The notes beneath the pieces are model-generated. The model was not told the DNA's origin. It ran no database searches and was given only the letters and a program-made list of their open reading frames with translations. The translations under genes were made by a program, and so were the position numbers. Below, piece by piece: positions 12,620-26,095 of a DNA stretch of 64,000 nt (its first letter is position 1; every line of letters begins with the position of its first letter). Source of the DNA: Eledone cirrhosa (Eukaryota); assembly GCA_964016885.1 (NCBI GenBank), contig OZ024742.1, positions 80,166,001 to 80,230,000 on the forward strand, written 5' to 3'.

Positions 12620-13960
12620 CTATTGGGGTGATAAACCGTTTAGTTTTGGTTTAAATTTGTTAAGGAATAGATTTTCTTTGTTTATTCTTTGTTGCTGTGT
12701 GAACGAATCTGAGCACTTGTAGAAGGGAAAGATTTTAAAGTTAGGTAGTGTCATTCCTGCGCAGTTCGCAATATGGCTGCTCAAGGGGATTTTTCTTGTG
12801 TTAGCGTCCCGGATTTGTTGGCGGTGGATGGTCATTCTTTTGCGTAATGAGGTGCCCGTCTGTCCTATGTAGTTGTGTTTGCACCCACCGCAAGTTATTG
12901 CGTAAATCAAGTTCTCCGAGTTGCAGGGGAAATTGTTTTTTACTGTAAATGTGTGGCCATCTTTAAATGTAAAGTTTTGTCCTTCAGTGAGGCAGAGGCA
13001 CGTTCCACAGTTTGTTCTACCACATTTGGTAACTTTAGGGTTGAGGATTGGTTTGGGTATATTTGGTCCAGTGACAATGCGTTTTAGTGATTTGGGTTGT
13101 CTTTTACTTTTAAGGATCTTGTGTGTTTCAAGAATAGACTTCATTTTTACATCTTTAAGTAGGATGGGGAGGTTTTCGTGTAGGTGATCAAACATTTCGG
13201 TATTTCTGGGGTTGAAAGTGGATACATATGGCAGGGTGTTGAGTGTGGTTTTCTGTTTTGGATTGTTAAGTTGATGGGCATTTAGGTGTTTTGCCCTGTC
13301 TATTCCATTGTTGATTATTTCAAGTGGAAAGGCTCTTAAGATAAGGGTGTCTTTTAGTTCATTTAGTCTTTGCTCCCGTTTAGCTGGATCTGATACTATG
13401 GTACATATACGTTTGGCCAAATTGTAAGGAATGTTAAGTGTTGTATGTTTTGGGTGACTTGATGTGAAAAAGAGGTATTGCTTGGAATCTGTGGGTTTAT
13501 AGAATATATCTGTATCTAATTTCCCGTCTATTACAGAGATGAGAATATCCAAGAAGGCTAATTCCTTGGGATTGGATTCCATTGTGAATTGTATGTTATT
13601 ATCTATGTTGTTTATCATGTTTTTAAACATAGTAAGTGAGTTCATGTCTCCTTGCCATAGGATAAAGCAGTCGTCTAGATATCTTTTCCAATTGGCTTTG
13701 AGGTGTGTGTGGAAAGAGTCTCCAAATAAGAGAAGGGACTGACTGTATATTTGTTGTTCATGGAATCCCATGACTAGGTTGGCATATGTGGGTGCTACTT
13801 TTGTGCCCATTACAGTACCTGATACTTGTCTGTATGTTGAACCATTGAATGTGAAGTAGTTATTTTGACGGATAAAGCGGAGTCCGTCAGTGATGAAATT
13901 TTTATTGATGCGTGTCGGTATTTCTGATGGGTGTGTGTTAAGCCAGTATTGGACTGCTGT
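12620..13960 (-). pseudogene. PLE RT (C-terminal half) + GIY-YIG endonuclease; frame open but 5'-truncated
   Basis: NNYFTF..YRQVSGTVMGTKVAPTYANL, RYLDDCF, FLD, KPTD, KCGRTNCGTC, NLIYAITCGGCKHNYIGQTG..LRKRM..H. Confidence 0.9.
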
Positions 13961-14077
13961 TATTGTTGTGGGCTATGTTTGTATAAAGGTTTATTACGTC
14001 AAAGGAGACAAGAATTGTATTTGCACTTACTGTTTTAGGGAGGTGTTTCAGCATGTCAAGGTCATCTCGTATGTAGC

Positions 14078-14162
<85 letters not shown>

Positions 14163-15169
14163 CTATGTATGTATATATATACATTAAATTAAAAGTCTAT
14201 TGATATATATATGTAAACTAAACATATCAAATATTGACAAGGAATCTAAACTATAATAAAGTAAGGAGTGCGGGACTGCGTACGGTTTATAATTTTTTTA
14301 TCGCATTAGTAAAATAAGTTGGATTACTTCCAATAAATAATGAATAGATAGTAAATAATGTATGTAATAACTGTTGTGGCTGTTGATTAAATATATTCTG
14401 TTTATTTAAAGATTCACTTCATTAAACTTTCTGAAATGTCAACACTTCCGGTTAGCCATCGCTTAAATAAACATACTAATTTTCTGTCACTAATTTTCTC
14501 CTAATGCAGTTTATTTATAATATCGTCTTTTTTAATGTATCATGTATTACGTTACTGATTAAATAAGACAGTGTAACGCAGTCTTCGTTCAATTTCTATG
14601 TATTATATATTGTAAATGACGATTTTATTTGATGGATCATATCTACCTACACATATATATATACCTGCGCATAATATTAATATACACAATACACATGCCA
14701 TCTGAAAACCACCCGAAGGGTGGTTTTTCTGCTAGTAATTTTAATAAATATTCTGATTTATTCCTTAGAATCTTTGAGTTTTTTCTACAGGTGGTATGGC
14801 GCATATTTCTGATATTCTCCGACATGACACCTTTAATTTAATTTTCTTAGTATTTGCAGCTCCTAAATATTCTGTTAGTAGAGCTTTTTCTGTTGAAAGG
14901 ACTCGGCTGCTATTTCCAGGGCTCGTAGCCCCATTCACGCCACTGGCTTGACGGCGGGACGATGTGTATTTTTAAAACCACATGTGCTTTTAGTCGTTAT
15001 TCCTGATTTGTTCTTAGCATCGAATCACAGATAGTTAAATCTATTCCTTTGCTGACGATCCAAGATTTAACATCTTTCATTCATCGATAGGAGAAAAGAT
15101 GTGTGTTTGGATAGAGAGAATAGTTGGGTGAAGAATCGACACCAATGTCGGATTGGTAATTTATATATC

Positions 15170-15410
15170 GGCAAGGGAGACGGCAAGGGAGACGCGCTGG
15201 AAAAGCCACTCCAACTCGCGGGGTTCACACCTGCGGCTGGCCAGCTCAGCGCCTAAGGCAGTGAACAAGGCGGTAGCCCTGGGGCTGAGCGCACCAGAAG
15301 TCTCCATTGCCAGAGGTATGACCACAAATCTGTCGGAGAGCGACCTGTATTTGACGAGTTTGGCCTCCTCAGCCCGACGTGCAGCAGAACCTGGGTCAGT
15401 CGCAGACTGG
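15170..15410 (-). mobile_element. 3' fragment of a CRE-like non-LTR retrotransposon (restriction-like endonuclease C-terminus)
   Basis: GSAARRAEEAKLVKY..L...VIPLAMETSG......LG........R....LFQRVSLAV fits the RLE tail pattern; GC-rich island. Confidence 0.75.
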
Positions 15411-15554
15411 AATATATACAAAGTAGATTAATCATTATTGAAAGGTATCTATATTCAACGTCCTCGTTAATTTATAATATGTCACCTACGTAAGTATGTA
15501 TGTTTACACACTTTACAAATTATCCCCTGTCAATATATATATATATATATATAT

Positions 15555-17835
15555 ATTTATTAAAATAACAGATTTAAGTTTAAGCAAAGAATCGCTGCTT
15601 TCACCCTTAACTGGATCTTCTGAAACTAACAACGTCAATCTGTGACCGCAGAAGTGAATATTTCAAAAAACGTTGCAACCGGAGGAAGATGGCAAGACGA
15701 TACTTTGGTTCGTGGAAACGTTCCCTGGCAATGAACGAAAAAAAACGAAGATAATACATCATATGTGGAACGGGGAGAACAATAGCACGGAAAGACAAAA
15801 CCAAGTAAATGGTATTACTGAAGTCGTAGAATGATTCTCGGCTTTAGTGTTAAGAATAAAGTAAATAAAATAGAGAGGTAATTAAAATTAAATAAATACA
15901 TTAACGCATCCATATATGTACATGCACAAGCATACCCGAAAACACTCGCCATAGGTATACAAAAACACGCACGTACACACACGAAACGAAAAAAAAACTC
16001 AGCCCGCACATACAGAAACCACGCAAGGCCTGTACCTGCTGGCATACGAATGTATACAGCAAATACACACAAAAATATATATTAAGAAAAAAAATATATA
16101 TATATGTGTGTGTGCGTGTATACATATATTTAAATAAACGTATATAAATAAATAAATACGTATATAACAAGCGCACACACATACCTACATGTAAATACAC
16201 ATTTGTTCGGAGACGAACGTCAGCCAAAACACAAAGTACACATATACACACATCCTACATACGTACGAACCCGCATAATCACACAGACGCAAAACTCACT
16301 TATACACATACCCAAAAGCATATGTACCAGAATATATAATATATACTCCATAACATATACAATCAAATATACGTACGAGAAAGTATACGTCCCTTCACAT
16401 AACATACAGGTAATATATACTTGCCTATACAAATAAGTAATGGTATAAACATAACATATACTAAGCTACCACATCAAGACGTAAAATATCCGCGTATAGT
16501 TCGTACTATCTGTTAGGGTATAATATGGGGCTGTAATACAGGAAAGTTTTGTGCAATTTATGTTTACAAACCGAAATTGCCTCGGATTTTCGGTTTAAGA
16601 TGTGGTCTTTGGCGTAGAGTATTTCCAGAGCCTCAGCGGCGCAGAGGTCACATGGTCTTTTATTTCCGTTATACGATCTAGCCCTAGCTAGTATCTCCCA
16701 GTGTAACTTATATTGCGTGTGGTTATCTTTTAGACTCCAGATATAAGCTGAAAGTGACGTCATATTCCTTCTTAAAGGGTAACGAAAAGAATGTGTATGC
16801 ATGTAAAGACGCTGCTTGAATCTATTGGCAGTTAACCCTATATAGGCCCTACGGGACGTGGGTGTTTCAGCCTTACATTTGTAGACAATGTTACTAGATA
16901 TGAATTTCCCGGATAGGGGGCAGTCAACCCGATTCCTACAATTACAGTTAGTACTAAATACAGGAGTGCACGTGTTCCTACGGCTAGGTAGTTTAGCTAA
17001 ATTTGAAGCTGTGATGTTATGTGCAAGGTTAGGAATCGTAGAGTAAACAATTTTAATAGTATTTCTATTAAGAATTTTACTATGTTTATGTGTAGGGGGA
17101 ATGCTTCATAATAAGGGAGAGAAAGATCTTAGCTAATGGTGTGGCCACCGCCATATTATATGGTGGCTTATACCATATAATGCGTCGAGATCTATTTCTT
17201 CTAGGTCTATTCTCGTACTCTGTATATGCTACCTTATCAACAAATGCACTCCGAGCAAGAGCTTCATTGTAATATGTGGAATGGGCGTTGAAAATATGCT
17301 CGTTAGTAGATAAACGGGAAAGCCTCAAAGAAACGTTTCTTACCAGGTTCTTGGTTATGCTGGCAGGATGGTTAGCATGCTTACTTATGTAATTAAACGT
17401 ATTATTCGGCTTTCTATACGGGTAATGCAATCCATTCGATGAATTGAGGGTAACGTCGCGGTAATTAACGATTGAGAGGTTGGCCTCAACCTGGCTGGAG
17501 AAGTTGAAGCATTTAAAGAAGGCTGTGAGTTCTTTTCTGAACCTGCCACTAAGTTATGATCATCATAAAGACCATCATCACGGTATAAACCCCCGCCCAC
17601 GTTGATGAATTCTTCCTTGATAGTATAGTGAAATAGAACGGGAACAAAACAGAGAGGCTGTACAAACAAAGGTTTATTAGTTTCACGCTCTTGAGAATAA
17701 TACGTTTAATTACATAAGTAAGCATTCTAATCATCCTGCCAGCATAACCAAGATTCTGGTAAGAAACGTTTCTTTGAGGCTTTCCCGTTTATCTACTAAC
17801 GAGCATATTTTCAACGCCTATTCCACATATTACAA
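15555..17835 (-). mobile_element. Truncated Hydra-type PLE with 5' inversion and HHR-bearing 3' end
   Basis: GGGLYRDDG, YPYRKPN, NHP, IIWYKPPY, CNCRNRVDCPLSG, YIGLT..FKQR, CDLC..E, LNRKSE across frameshifted ORFs 16506-17669. ~17700-17835 is an inverted copy of ~17270-17410. Confidence 0.88.
15577..15627 (-). ncRNA. Type I HHR, CAGAAGA (U4A) core variant
   Basis: AGTTT CAGAAGA TCC(A/C)-GTTAA-GGGT GAA AGCA-GCGATTCTT-TGCT T AAACT. 5-bp stem I and 4-bp stem III. Confidence 0.7.
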
Positions 17836-17845
17836 TGTAGCCCTT

Positions 17846-20490
17846 CTTCACGCCAAAGGTGGGCGGGAAGAGAGTTCCGAGGGTGTGTGGGGGAGTGGTG
17901 GAGAGACATTTAGAAAAAAGGGGGGCGATGGAAGGGGTACAAATAAAAATAAAAATAATAATAAACATGAAGATAAACAAGTGGTGGAAAGATGTGAGGC
18001 GTGTAGGAGTAGTGGCGGGTGAAGTGGGGAGAGGGAGGTGGGGTGTCCGAACGAGGAGGGTGAAGGTGGTATTTGTGTGTGTGTGTAGGTGAACGTGTGT
18101 GTATGTGAATGTGAGAGTTGGGGGAAGAACGAGGTTCCATGTTCAGGAAAATGTTTGTGCGGGGGTGGGGTGTTTGTATGTGTGGATGGGGAGGTGTCAC
18201 AGGGGTGGGGGAGGGGGAGAGGATTACCGAGGCTGAGTGTGTATATATGTGGGGGTACGCACGTGTGTGTTGGTGTTTATACGTTTAGTGGATGTAGGTG
18301 GCGTGTAATCCGTTGGTTGTGGGAGTCGGAAGAGGGGAGATGTGGGGTCGCGCGAAAAGGAAGTGGTCAGAGGGTCAGGCAGAATGAGGGTAGAGGAGAT
18401 TGACAGGTTGAGAGGACCGTGTGTCTGTGTGTGCGGAGAAGTAGTCAGAGGTTCAAGGCAGGAGAAGGCATAGCAGCAGTAGATGAGAAAGGCAGGTGGA
18501 GAAAGTCTGTGTGTCAGTGTGTGCGGAGGCGCGGTGGATAGGCGATGGGTAGGTGTGAAACGTGGAGTAGGGAGGGGGTCATGTAGGCGGATGGGGTGTT
18601 TATTAGTAGAGGTGTTAGTGGGATGTGTGTGTGTGTGAAGGGGTGTGGGTGGGGCGGGAAGAGGGAGAGAAAAGGTGTGGGGGCCGAGGAGGGAGTGTAG
18701 TGTACTGGTGTGTGTGTGCGTGTTTGGATGAGTGTGTGTGTCGTGAAGGGGGTGTTAGTGGGTGTTAGTATACAGGTGGTGGGAAAGGGTTGAAGGGGGG
18801 TCAGTGGTGGTAGAGTGTTTAGAGTGGGTGGTGTAAGTGGGTGTGGGTGGGTTTGTGTGTTCGTGTACGTGGGGTCGGGGGCATGTTACAGTTGTGGGGT
18901 GGTTGGAGTGGATGTGTGGGTGAGGGTTAGTGGTGGTAGTAGGGTGTGTGGATAGTGTGAGTGCGTGTATATATGTATAGGTGTGTGTGTGCGTGATATG
19001 GGGAGGTGGGGATGAAGTAGTGTTAGTTGGATGAGGGTGGTAGGGGTGGGTGGGGTTGTTAATTCTGTTAGTTTGGGGTTGGCCAAGGAGGTGAGCTGTG
19101 AAATGGAGGAGTTTGTTAATGGTGTTAGTGGGGGATATGTGTGTGAGTGGGGGGTGGGGGTTAACAGGGCGGTCGAAGGCTAAGGTAATAGGGGTGGGGA
19201 GTTCAGGACGGGGGAGTTTGGGTCTGTAGGGTGAAGATGGTGCGTTGTTTCACCCTGAGGCGGGTGGCGGGTGTACCGTGGCATTGGAGTAGGCCACAGA
19301 CTGTGAGGTGGTTTGCGGAATGTCCAGGGGAGCTAAAGTGGCAGGCGATGAGGGAACTCCCCCCAAGACGAATATACCGGATGTGTTCGGTGAAACGGTC
19401 CGCCAGGCGACGTCCAGTCTGTCCGACATAGGTTGCGCTTCACTCCGTGCAGCGAAGTCCATAGACTAGTTTGGAGGAGGTGCAGCGGAAGGCGTGCCGA
19501 GCAGAGAGAGTGGCCGTTGGGACTCTGGAAGGTGGTGGTGTTGGTGATGTGGGGGCAGGTATTGCAACGCGGCCTGAAACAAGGAAGGGAACCGGGGGGG
19601 AAAGAAGAGCGTGGGTTGGGGGTAGGGAGCTACGGACGAGGACGGTGCGGAGATTGCGTTGCGTTTGAAGGAGGGGAGTGGTGGGGATGGGAATATGTGG
19701 GAGGTGAAGGGGTCGGACTGGAGGCGTCGGAAGAGGCGGATGATGATGCGGTGGTAGAGGGCTGATAAGTGATGGGGAAGGGGAGACGGTGGGTGGGTGT
19801 GCGGTCGCGTGGGGTGAGGGTGGTGGAGCGGCGGACAGCACTGGCGCGTGTGAGGGCGGTGTGGACGAGGGAGGGGGGGTAACTCTGCGGATGAAATGGC
19901 TTACTAGGGAAAGGGCTTGGGACTCAAAATCAGCATCTCGGCTCCTGAGGCGTGTGGATCCTGAGGAGTTGGGAGTAGGGAATAGAGTGTTTAATGTGTG
20001 TAGGGTGCGAGGAGCTGAAGTCGATGTAGGAGTCGGTGGGTTTGAAGAAGGCGGAGGTGACGGGGGAATGGTGGGAGGGCTCGATGGCGACGGAGATGTC
20101 TGAGAAGTGAATGTGGGTGGTGGAGTTTAGAGGGGGTGAAGTGGAGGGAGGGGTGGAAAGAGCAGAAGGAGTAGAGCTGTTCTAGGGTGAGGGTCGAGGC
20201 TCCGATACAGTCGTCGATGTAACGACCGTACAGTTCGGGCGTGGGGCCGGTGTAATGGGCAAAGATTTGGGCCTCAACATGGCCAACTAATAGGTTGGCA
20301 TAGGTTGGGCCCATTCTAGTGCCCATGGCTACCCCCGTGACCTGTTGGTAAAACTCACCCAAGAAGGAGAACCAGTTGAGGGTGAAGACCAGCTCGGCGA
20401 GACGAAGGAGGGTGGGGTGGAGGATGGGAGAGGGGCGAACATCGAGGTAGTGCTTGAGGGTACGTAGGCTGTCGGCGTGGGGGATGATAT
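17846..20490 (-). mobile_element. GC-rich decayed PLE (Neptune-like): RT, GIY-YIG and long 3' region
   Basis: FYQQVTGVAMGTRMGPTYANL, YGRYIDDC, CTSSKLVYGLRC...YVGQTGRRLADRFTEH; multiple frameshifts. Confidence 0.85.
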
Positions 20491-20529
20491 ATATATATGT
20501 CAATCGACCTTCAATCTAAAAAAAAGATT

Positions 20530-21052
20530 TCCGCTCTACAAGGCTGAATACAATAAATGTAATCTGAGTTTTTGCAATATTAATAATGACATTCGATTCG
20601 TTTGCAATTATGCAGACAAGCCTTAATTCTATAGCTATGTCAGTAGAATGAACTCTTCATTCTTGCTCTTGTCTTGGTATGTAAACAGAACTGCAGAGAC
20701 TAATGTTTGTGGGTATCACCCTTCATCAGTACAGCTCACTGTTCAACTGCCAAACTGTCAGAGCTAGTGAAAATATATGCTATTTTCTGAAATATAGTAA
20801 CTGATCGGCCTTATTTGCAAATTAGCAAAATGGCTGATAAGTTAGATCTGAATATTAGCAGATCCACTGATCAGCCAGATTTGCCTATCTGCAGACTGGA
20901 CAGTCAGTTTTCTGTATACGAGCGATAAATGGCCGGCTTTGCCACATTCAAATAAAATATCCCCCAAAATATTGCTCTACATGGCTGAATACAATAAATG
21001 TAATCTGAGTCTTTCGAATATTAATAATAACATTAGATTCATTTGCAATTAT
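20530..21052. repeat. Dispersed non-coding repeat, probably a PLE pLTR family (also 37790-38070)
   Basis: CTCTACA(A/T)GGCTGAATACAATAAATGTAAT... occurs at ~20534, ~20975 and ~37795, and inverted at ~37980-38070. Degenerate CTGATGA-AGGG..CCC on minus near 20690-20735. Confidence 0.65.
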
Positions 21053-21059
21053 GTACACA

Positions 21060-21375
21060 CATACAGACCATCCCTAACACCCATCCGTCAGCGTTCATCC
21101 CTGTCTATCACCCTCCTGATTCTATCTCCTCTGGATCCGCCGACTCTGCAGCCGAGGTGCTGACTTCGAGACTCAGGCCCTGTTTCTGGTTACACTCCTC
21201 CCTCGTCCATGCCGCCCTCACTCGCGCCCGCACAATCCACCGCTCCACCCCTTACCCCACGCCCCATCCACCGTCTCGCCTTCCCCCGCAACTACCACTC
21301 CTCCACCGCACCAACATCTGCTTACAGTCCGATCCCTCCACCTCCCCCATATTCCCCTCCTTCAAAAGCACAGAC
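21060..21375 (+). mobile_element. PLE RT-thumb fragment related to 17846-20490, opposite orientation
   Basis: [15 protein letters not shown]-like segment similar to the minus-strand segment near 19910-19970. Confidence 0.7.
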
Positions 21376-21379
21376 ACAC

Positions 21380-21546
<167 letters not shown>

Positions 21547-22346
21547 GTAACGTTGCTTGGATGCGTCCATAGGCGGTAAATTGTGTTCCGACGCATCACT
21601 GATTCTTCGTTTTGCATATATATATATACAATAAAGTATGTCCATAGAATCATTTGATAAAATATATACATCATTTCCTCTCACAATCACCATAATCAAC
21701 CACACAAAAAAACAAATAAACAAGGCTATAACATAAAAAAGACACCTATGAAGAAATAATAGATAAATAAACGACAGCTATCTATTCGCGATCAACTGCT
21801 ATAGAATATTTCCCCACCATTTCTAATAGCACGTGGAATTCGATTAAATATATCAACCATACACAATTAGGTATAACATCAAAGTTAGAAGAAAAAATGC
21901 ATATAAACATACTAAAATTACGTATCTACCCCATGGGATTTCATTCGCTTTTGGAAATATCCGATCTAGGATAAATTTACGAGCTTCGAAATCATCAGGA
22001 AACAACTCACTTGTACGAATATTTTTCTTAAATGATCCCCGCCAGAAACAAATTCAAAATTACTAAGAACTGTGACGTGGCAGAGGTCAAGTCATATATA
22101 TATACATATATTATTTCTGAAGACAGCATATGTATGTGTAGCTATGTATATTCCCTCTGATAGTTTGTAAAATTTTTACATAGATCTATATGATATACAT
22201 ACCAACACACACATATATATCCTAGAAACGATCGTAAAATGAGGATTTTTTTAATATAAGGAACTGTTTCTTTGTTTTTATTCATTGTTTTTATTAATAT
22301 ATATATATAGATGTGAGAAAAACCACAGACCCTCCATCTCAACTCA

Positions 22347-22384
22347 CCTTTTGAAAAGCAGAAGAACTGCGAAACCGGTAAAGG
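22347..22384 (+). ncRNA. Minimal type I HHR with U3-A8 core (UUGAAAA)
   Basis: CCTT TTGAAAA GCAG-AAGAA-CTGC GAA A-CCGG-T A AAGG. Perfect stems I and II, palindromic loop III. Confidence 0.72.
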
Positions 22385-22533
22385 ACCCAAATAAATATAT
22401 ATATTTAAAAAAAAATAAGACTCCAGCTGCATTTTCGATTTCATCGCTTTTCCTTTATACTTTCACTCGTGTAGGACACCTCGGTTATTTTTCATTTTGT
22501 AAAAAAAACCTCACTTTCTAATATATGTATATA

Positions 22534-22644
<111 letters not shown>

Positions 22645-22664
22645 GTATATATAATGTGTATATA

Positions 22665-22992
22665 TTTTGTTTACCCCCGGCATTTGTGGTCCCGGACATT
22701 TGCGGAATTTTCCTTGGAACTTAACTAATATTATTCGTGTGAAAACCACCGCATATTCGCGGAATCGTAAATATCTTCCGCGATCTTTTAATAGCTTTTT
22801 TTCGTGGCAATATATATATTTTCACGCTTTTATAATATTAATAACAATATACCGTATCTGCCGGCCTATATTTTATGTTATGTTTTGATGTTTATAGGGA
22901 TTATTATGGGCCCCGTCCATTATTCGCGGTTTTTCACTACTCTGGGATAATCTAGGAACGTAACACCCCACGAATACCGGCGAACAATTATA
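22665..22992. mobile_element. Decayed MITE, Tc1-mariner/pogo(Tigger)-like
   Basis: Imperfect terminal inverted similarity (TTACCCCCGGCATTTG... / ...CGAATACCGGCGAACAA), repeated ATTCGCGG motifs, TA-rich flanks. Confidence 0.5.
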
Positions 22993-25909
22993 TGTATATA
23001 TATATAGCAACGATTCACTATATGTATCGAGGCATAAATTCAGATGACAGAATTTTTCAAATAATTATGATTCAGTAGATGATGGGACTAATATTGGTGT
23101 GCAATAAGGAACGGAATATATTTGGAATATACCAAGAAGAGATATTCAAACATAGATTATGATTGTTCTCTATGACCCATTGATATTTTCAAGATGACTT
23201 GTATCTTCTCCTTGGTGCAGAGTAAAAATCCTGTAAGATGGTAAGATGGTTGTTAGCATGTGGGCGGTTACAGTAGAATTAATATAATTTACAAAACAAA
23301 TATATTTGAGAGTTAACTAGGTCTGTAAACATTATGATAAAATCACTTAGTACATTAATATTTAATTTTTATTTCTCAATCTCAAATCGTCTTTCATCAT
23401 ATTTTCAAAAGGATACCTTTCTAAAATGTGTCTTCTCATACTATAATACTTATAGCTGGATCATACTTCAATTCTTATCAGCTACAGAACATATTCATCT
23501 AATGCGAGACTTCAATATACTGTTATCAAAAGAAACATTTCCGATATTTTCTCGAGTATTCAATCAACAACGTGTTTTTTCCACTAGTTCACAGGCTTTT
23601 CGTTTTATATTTTCCCCCTTTTCCCTTGCCGTGAGGTCTTCTGACGTGGGGAAATGGGTAGCTGCGTGCAGATAGTACCCGTGCATTTTCCTCCCGATAC
23701 ATTTAATATGACTGCCATATTCAATACTCCAATCTACCCGTCACCAATTCCATATTTTCTTTTGATATAAGGAATATACATACGTTCAAGCTTAAAAAAA
23801 CCTTCTTCAATCTCACTGATATTATTGTACACGTGGCGGTCATAAGCACTTTACCACCTCCAATGAAATGTTATATAAAACTTCTGAGTTGAAACAATCT
23901 GTATACAGGCGGACCGATGTTATATGTAGAATTGTAAGAAAATTGGAAGAAATTGTTCCTGTTGAGATGAACGACTTTTATTTTCAAATAAACTTTTGAA
24001 ATTTCATTTTTAGTTGTCTTTATTACATGCTATCTAGTACATATTTGTACGGATTGTTCTGATTTATTTAGGTTTAGTTTGTTTAATTTAAATACTTTAT
24101 TTTTACTTCATTCTTTTTATCTAAGCTCATATGATCCTTAAAATATTTCTTCTTTTTTATCACATAGCAATCATGCTGATATGAATACACCAAGTTGCAC
24201 AGACGCCCCCACACACACACGCAGGCACACATATATATACAGAAACAGACACATGGGGACGGAACGAATTAAGACATTTTAAGGGATGTATATATATATA
24301 TATATTTATTCCAATATGTGTGCATGTCTGAGTCTATAGATGATGCAGTGATGATGCGTATATTCATACATTTGGCCTTTATATTCTTGAGTATATGATT
24401 ATATATAAGTATGTAAACGCTGGAAAAAATCTAATATCTTTAAACATATGTTTCTTTCTCTTTTCGTTTTTTGTTATTTATACCCCCGGTTTTCTATTGC
24501 GTGACTAAAGTAACATAATTTGAGAAATACTACGATATGTTGTGCAAAAAAATGTAAATAAAAAATATATATAAGGAAAGAAAGATTATTATACTAAGAG
24601 AGATATTCTTTAACTCGGATTCTATTTCAAATGGACAGCAGTCACGCAATGTCTGGTATATAAACATTTCTTCCATTTTTTTTTATCAAACAACCTTCCA
24701 AGCAGTTGTAGTTTTGGTGAGTTATTTATCAAGGTGTAAATTGACAAAGATATTTCTCTTACCCTGAAAAATTGTAATAGCGTTTCTGATATCTATTCCT
24801 TTCTGTAACATTTCTCTTTCACAAAACAAATTGAAAACCAACACAAAACAATAAAAAAATAAACAAGGAAATAAATATAAATTCTTTAGCTTTTAAATAA
24901 AAATAAAAGAATTGAAGTGAAAGAAATAAAACACGAAAATGCATTTCTAAAATGATATATAGGATTATTTTTTTAACAATCTCAACTCTCGTTTTGTTTA
25001 CATTTCCAAAAATTTTCCATATACTTTTTTCATGTCCATGAAAATTCCCCAGCTTCCTATCATTTAATACACAATAATTTTGCGTCTGCTTCTTTCAAAC
25101 CATATACGCTTTTTCTTTTTACTAAATTATAACTCACGTTCAATATCTCACAAAGCGTTTTGCGCAGTATTTCAATTATATACAACCAGGCTGGGTACGA
25201 TATATAAAAAATAAACATGCTCTGTACTATATATGTTTGCTTCACACTAAAGGTAGTATAGCTGCAAAAAAAAAATTAGATATATTGCACTCACATACCC
25301 ACACAAACCACACACACACATATATATATATGTATATATAAAAATACAGACACATACACTGACACTTACTCGCACACACACACACAGGCATGTATATGTA
25401 TATATATATTTATATATGTATATATATATATTTATGTATATATATAAATATTACTGCCATGACTAAATTGTAACCATGTATATATATATATTTATATATA
25501 TATTTATATATGTATATATATATATTTATGTATATATATAAATATTACTGCCATGACTAAATTATAACCATCAACATAGTCAAGGTATGTCAGGCATCAA
25601 CTTATTTTATTTGATGAGCACGTACTGTTGAAATATGTATAATAAAATATATTTGATCACCTGAATGTCTATATTTATTAATATTTTGAAGTAATATTAT
25701 ATATACATATATATATATATATGGTTTAAGAACATATATATATATGGTTTAAGAATATTGAAAATAAGAAAAATCATACATTCATTCAAATGGACATAGC
25801 GATAAATAACTCTTAACCTTTTGAATACGTATATAAACACACTGATCTATCTAGTGAGGAAATTAATAGTATTCTAGCGGCTAGGCGAACCTTGATTGAC
25901 ATTAATAAT

Positions 25910-26095
25910 TGTCTCTACTTTAGGCACAAGGCCAGCAATTACCCAGTGCATTACTGGTACTTTATTTTATCGACCCCGTAAGGATGAAAGGCAAAGTCAA
26001 CTTCGGCGGGATTTGAACTCAGATCGTAAAGGGACGTAACTATGCTGGAAAGCATGGCGTGCGACCCTCTACTGATACTGCCAATGCACAGCCCA
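25910..26095 (-). mobile_element. tRNA-derived SINE with 18-bp target-site duplication
   Basis: Minus strand: A-box-like TGGCAGTATCAGTAG, B-box GAGTTCAAATCCC, body CTTTGCCTTTCATCCTTACGGGGTCGATAAAATAAAGTACCAG. TSD TTGATTGACATTAATAAT at 25892-25909 and 26096-26113. Confidence 0.92.

Larger units (their letters stand above)
11233..13965 (-). mobile_element. 5'-truncated PLE (Neptune-like) with 3' region and variant HHR
   Basis: RT-thumb-GIY-YIG ORF, downstream non-coding region with embedded CA/TA tract, HHR-like motif at 11378-11421. Boundaries approximate. Confidence 0.8.

Noticed and set aside
14704-14728. Perfect hairpin AAAACCACCC-GAA-GGGTGGTTTT resembling a Rho-independent terminator
   Set aside because: Eukaryotic context with no bacterial-type gene; an isolated small palindrome.
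25990-26090. tRNA gene
   Set aside because: A/B boxes belong to a multi-copy SINE head; no cloverleaf.
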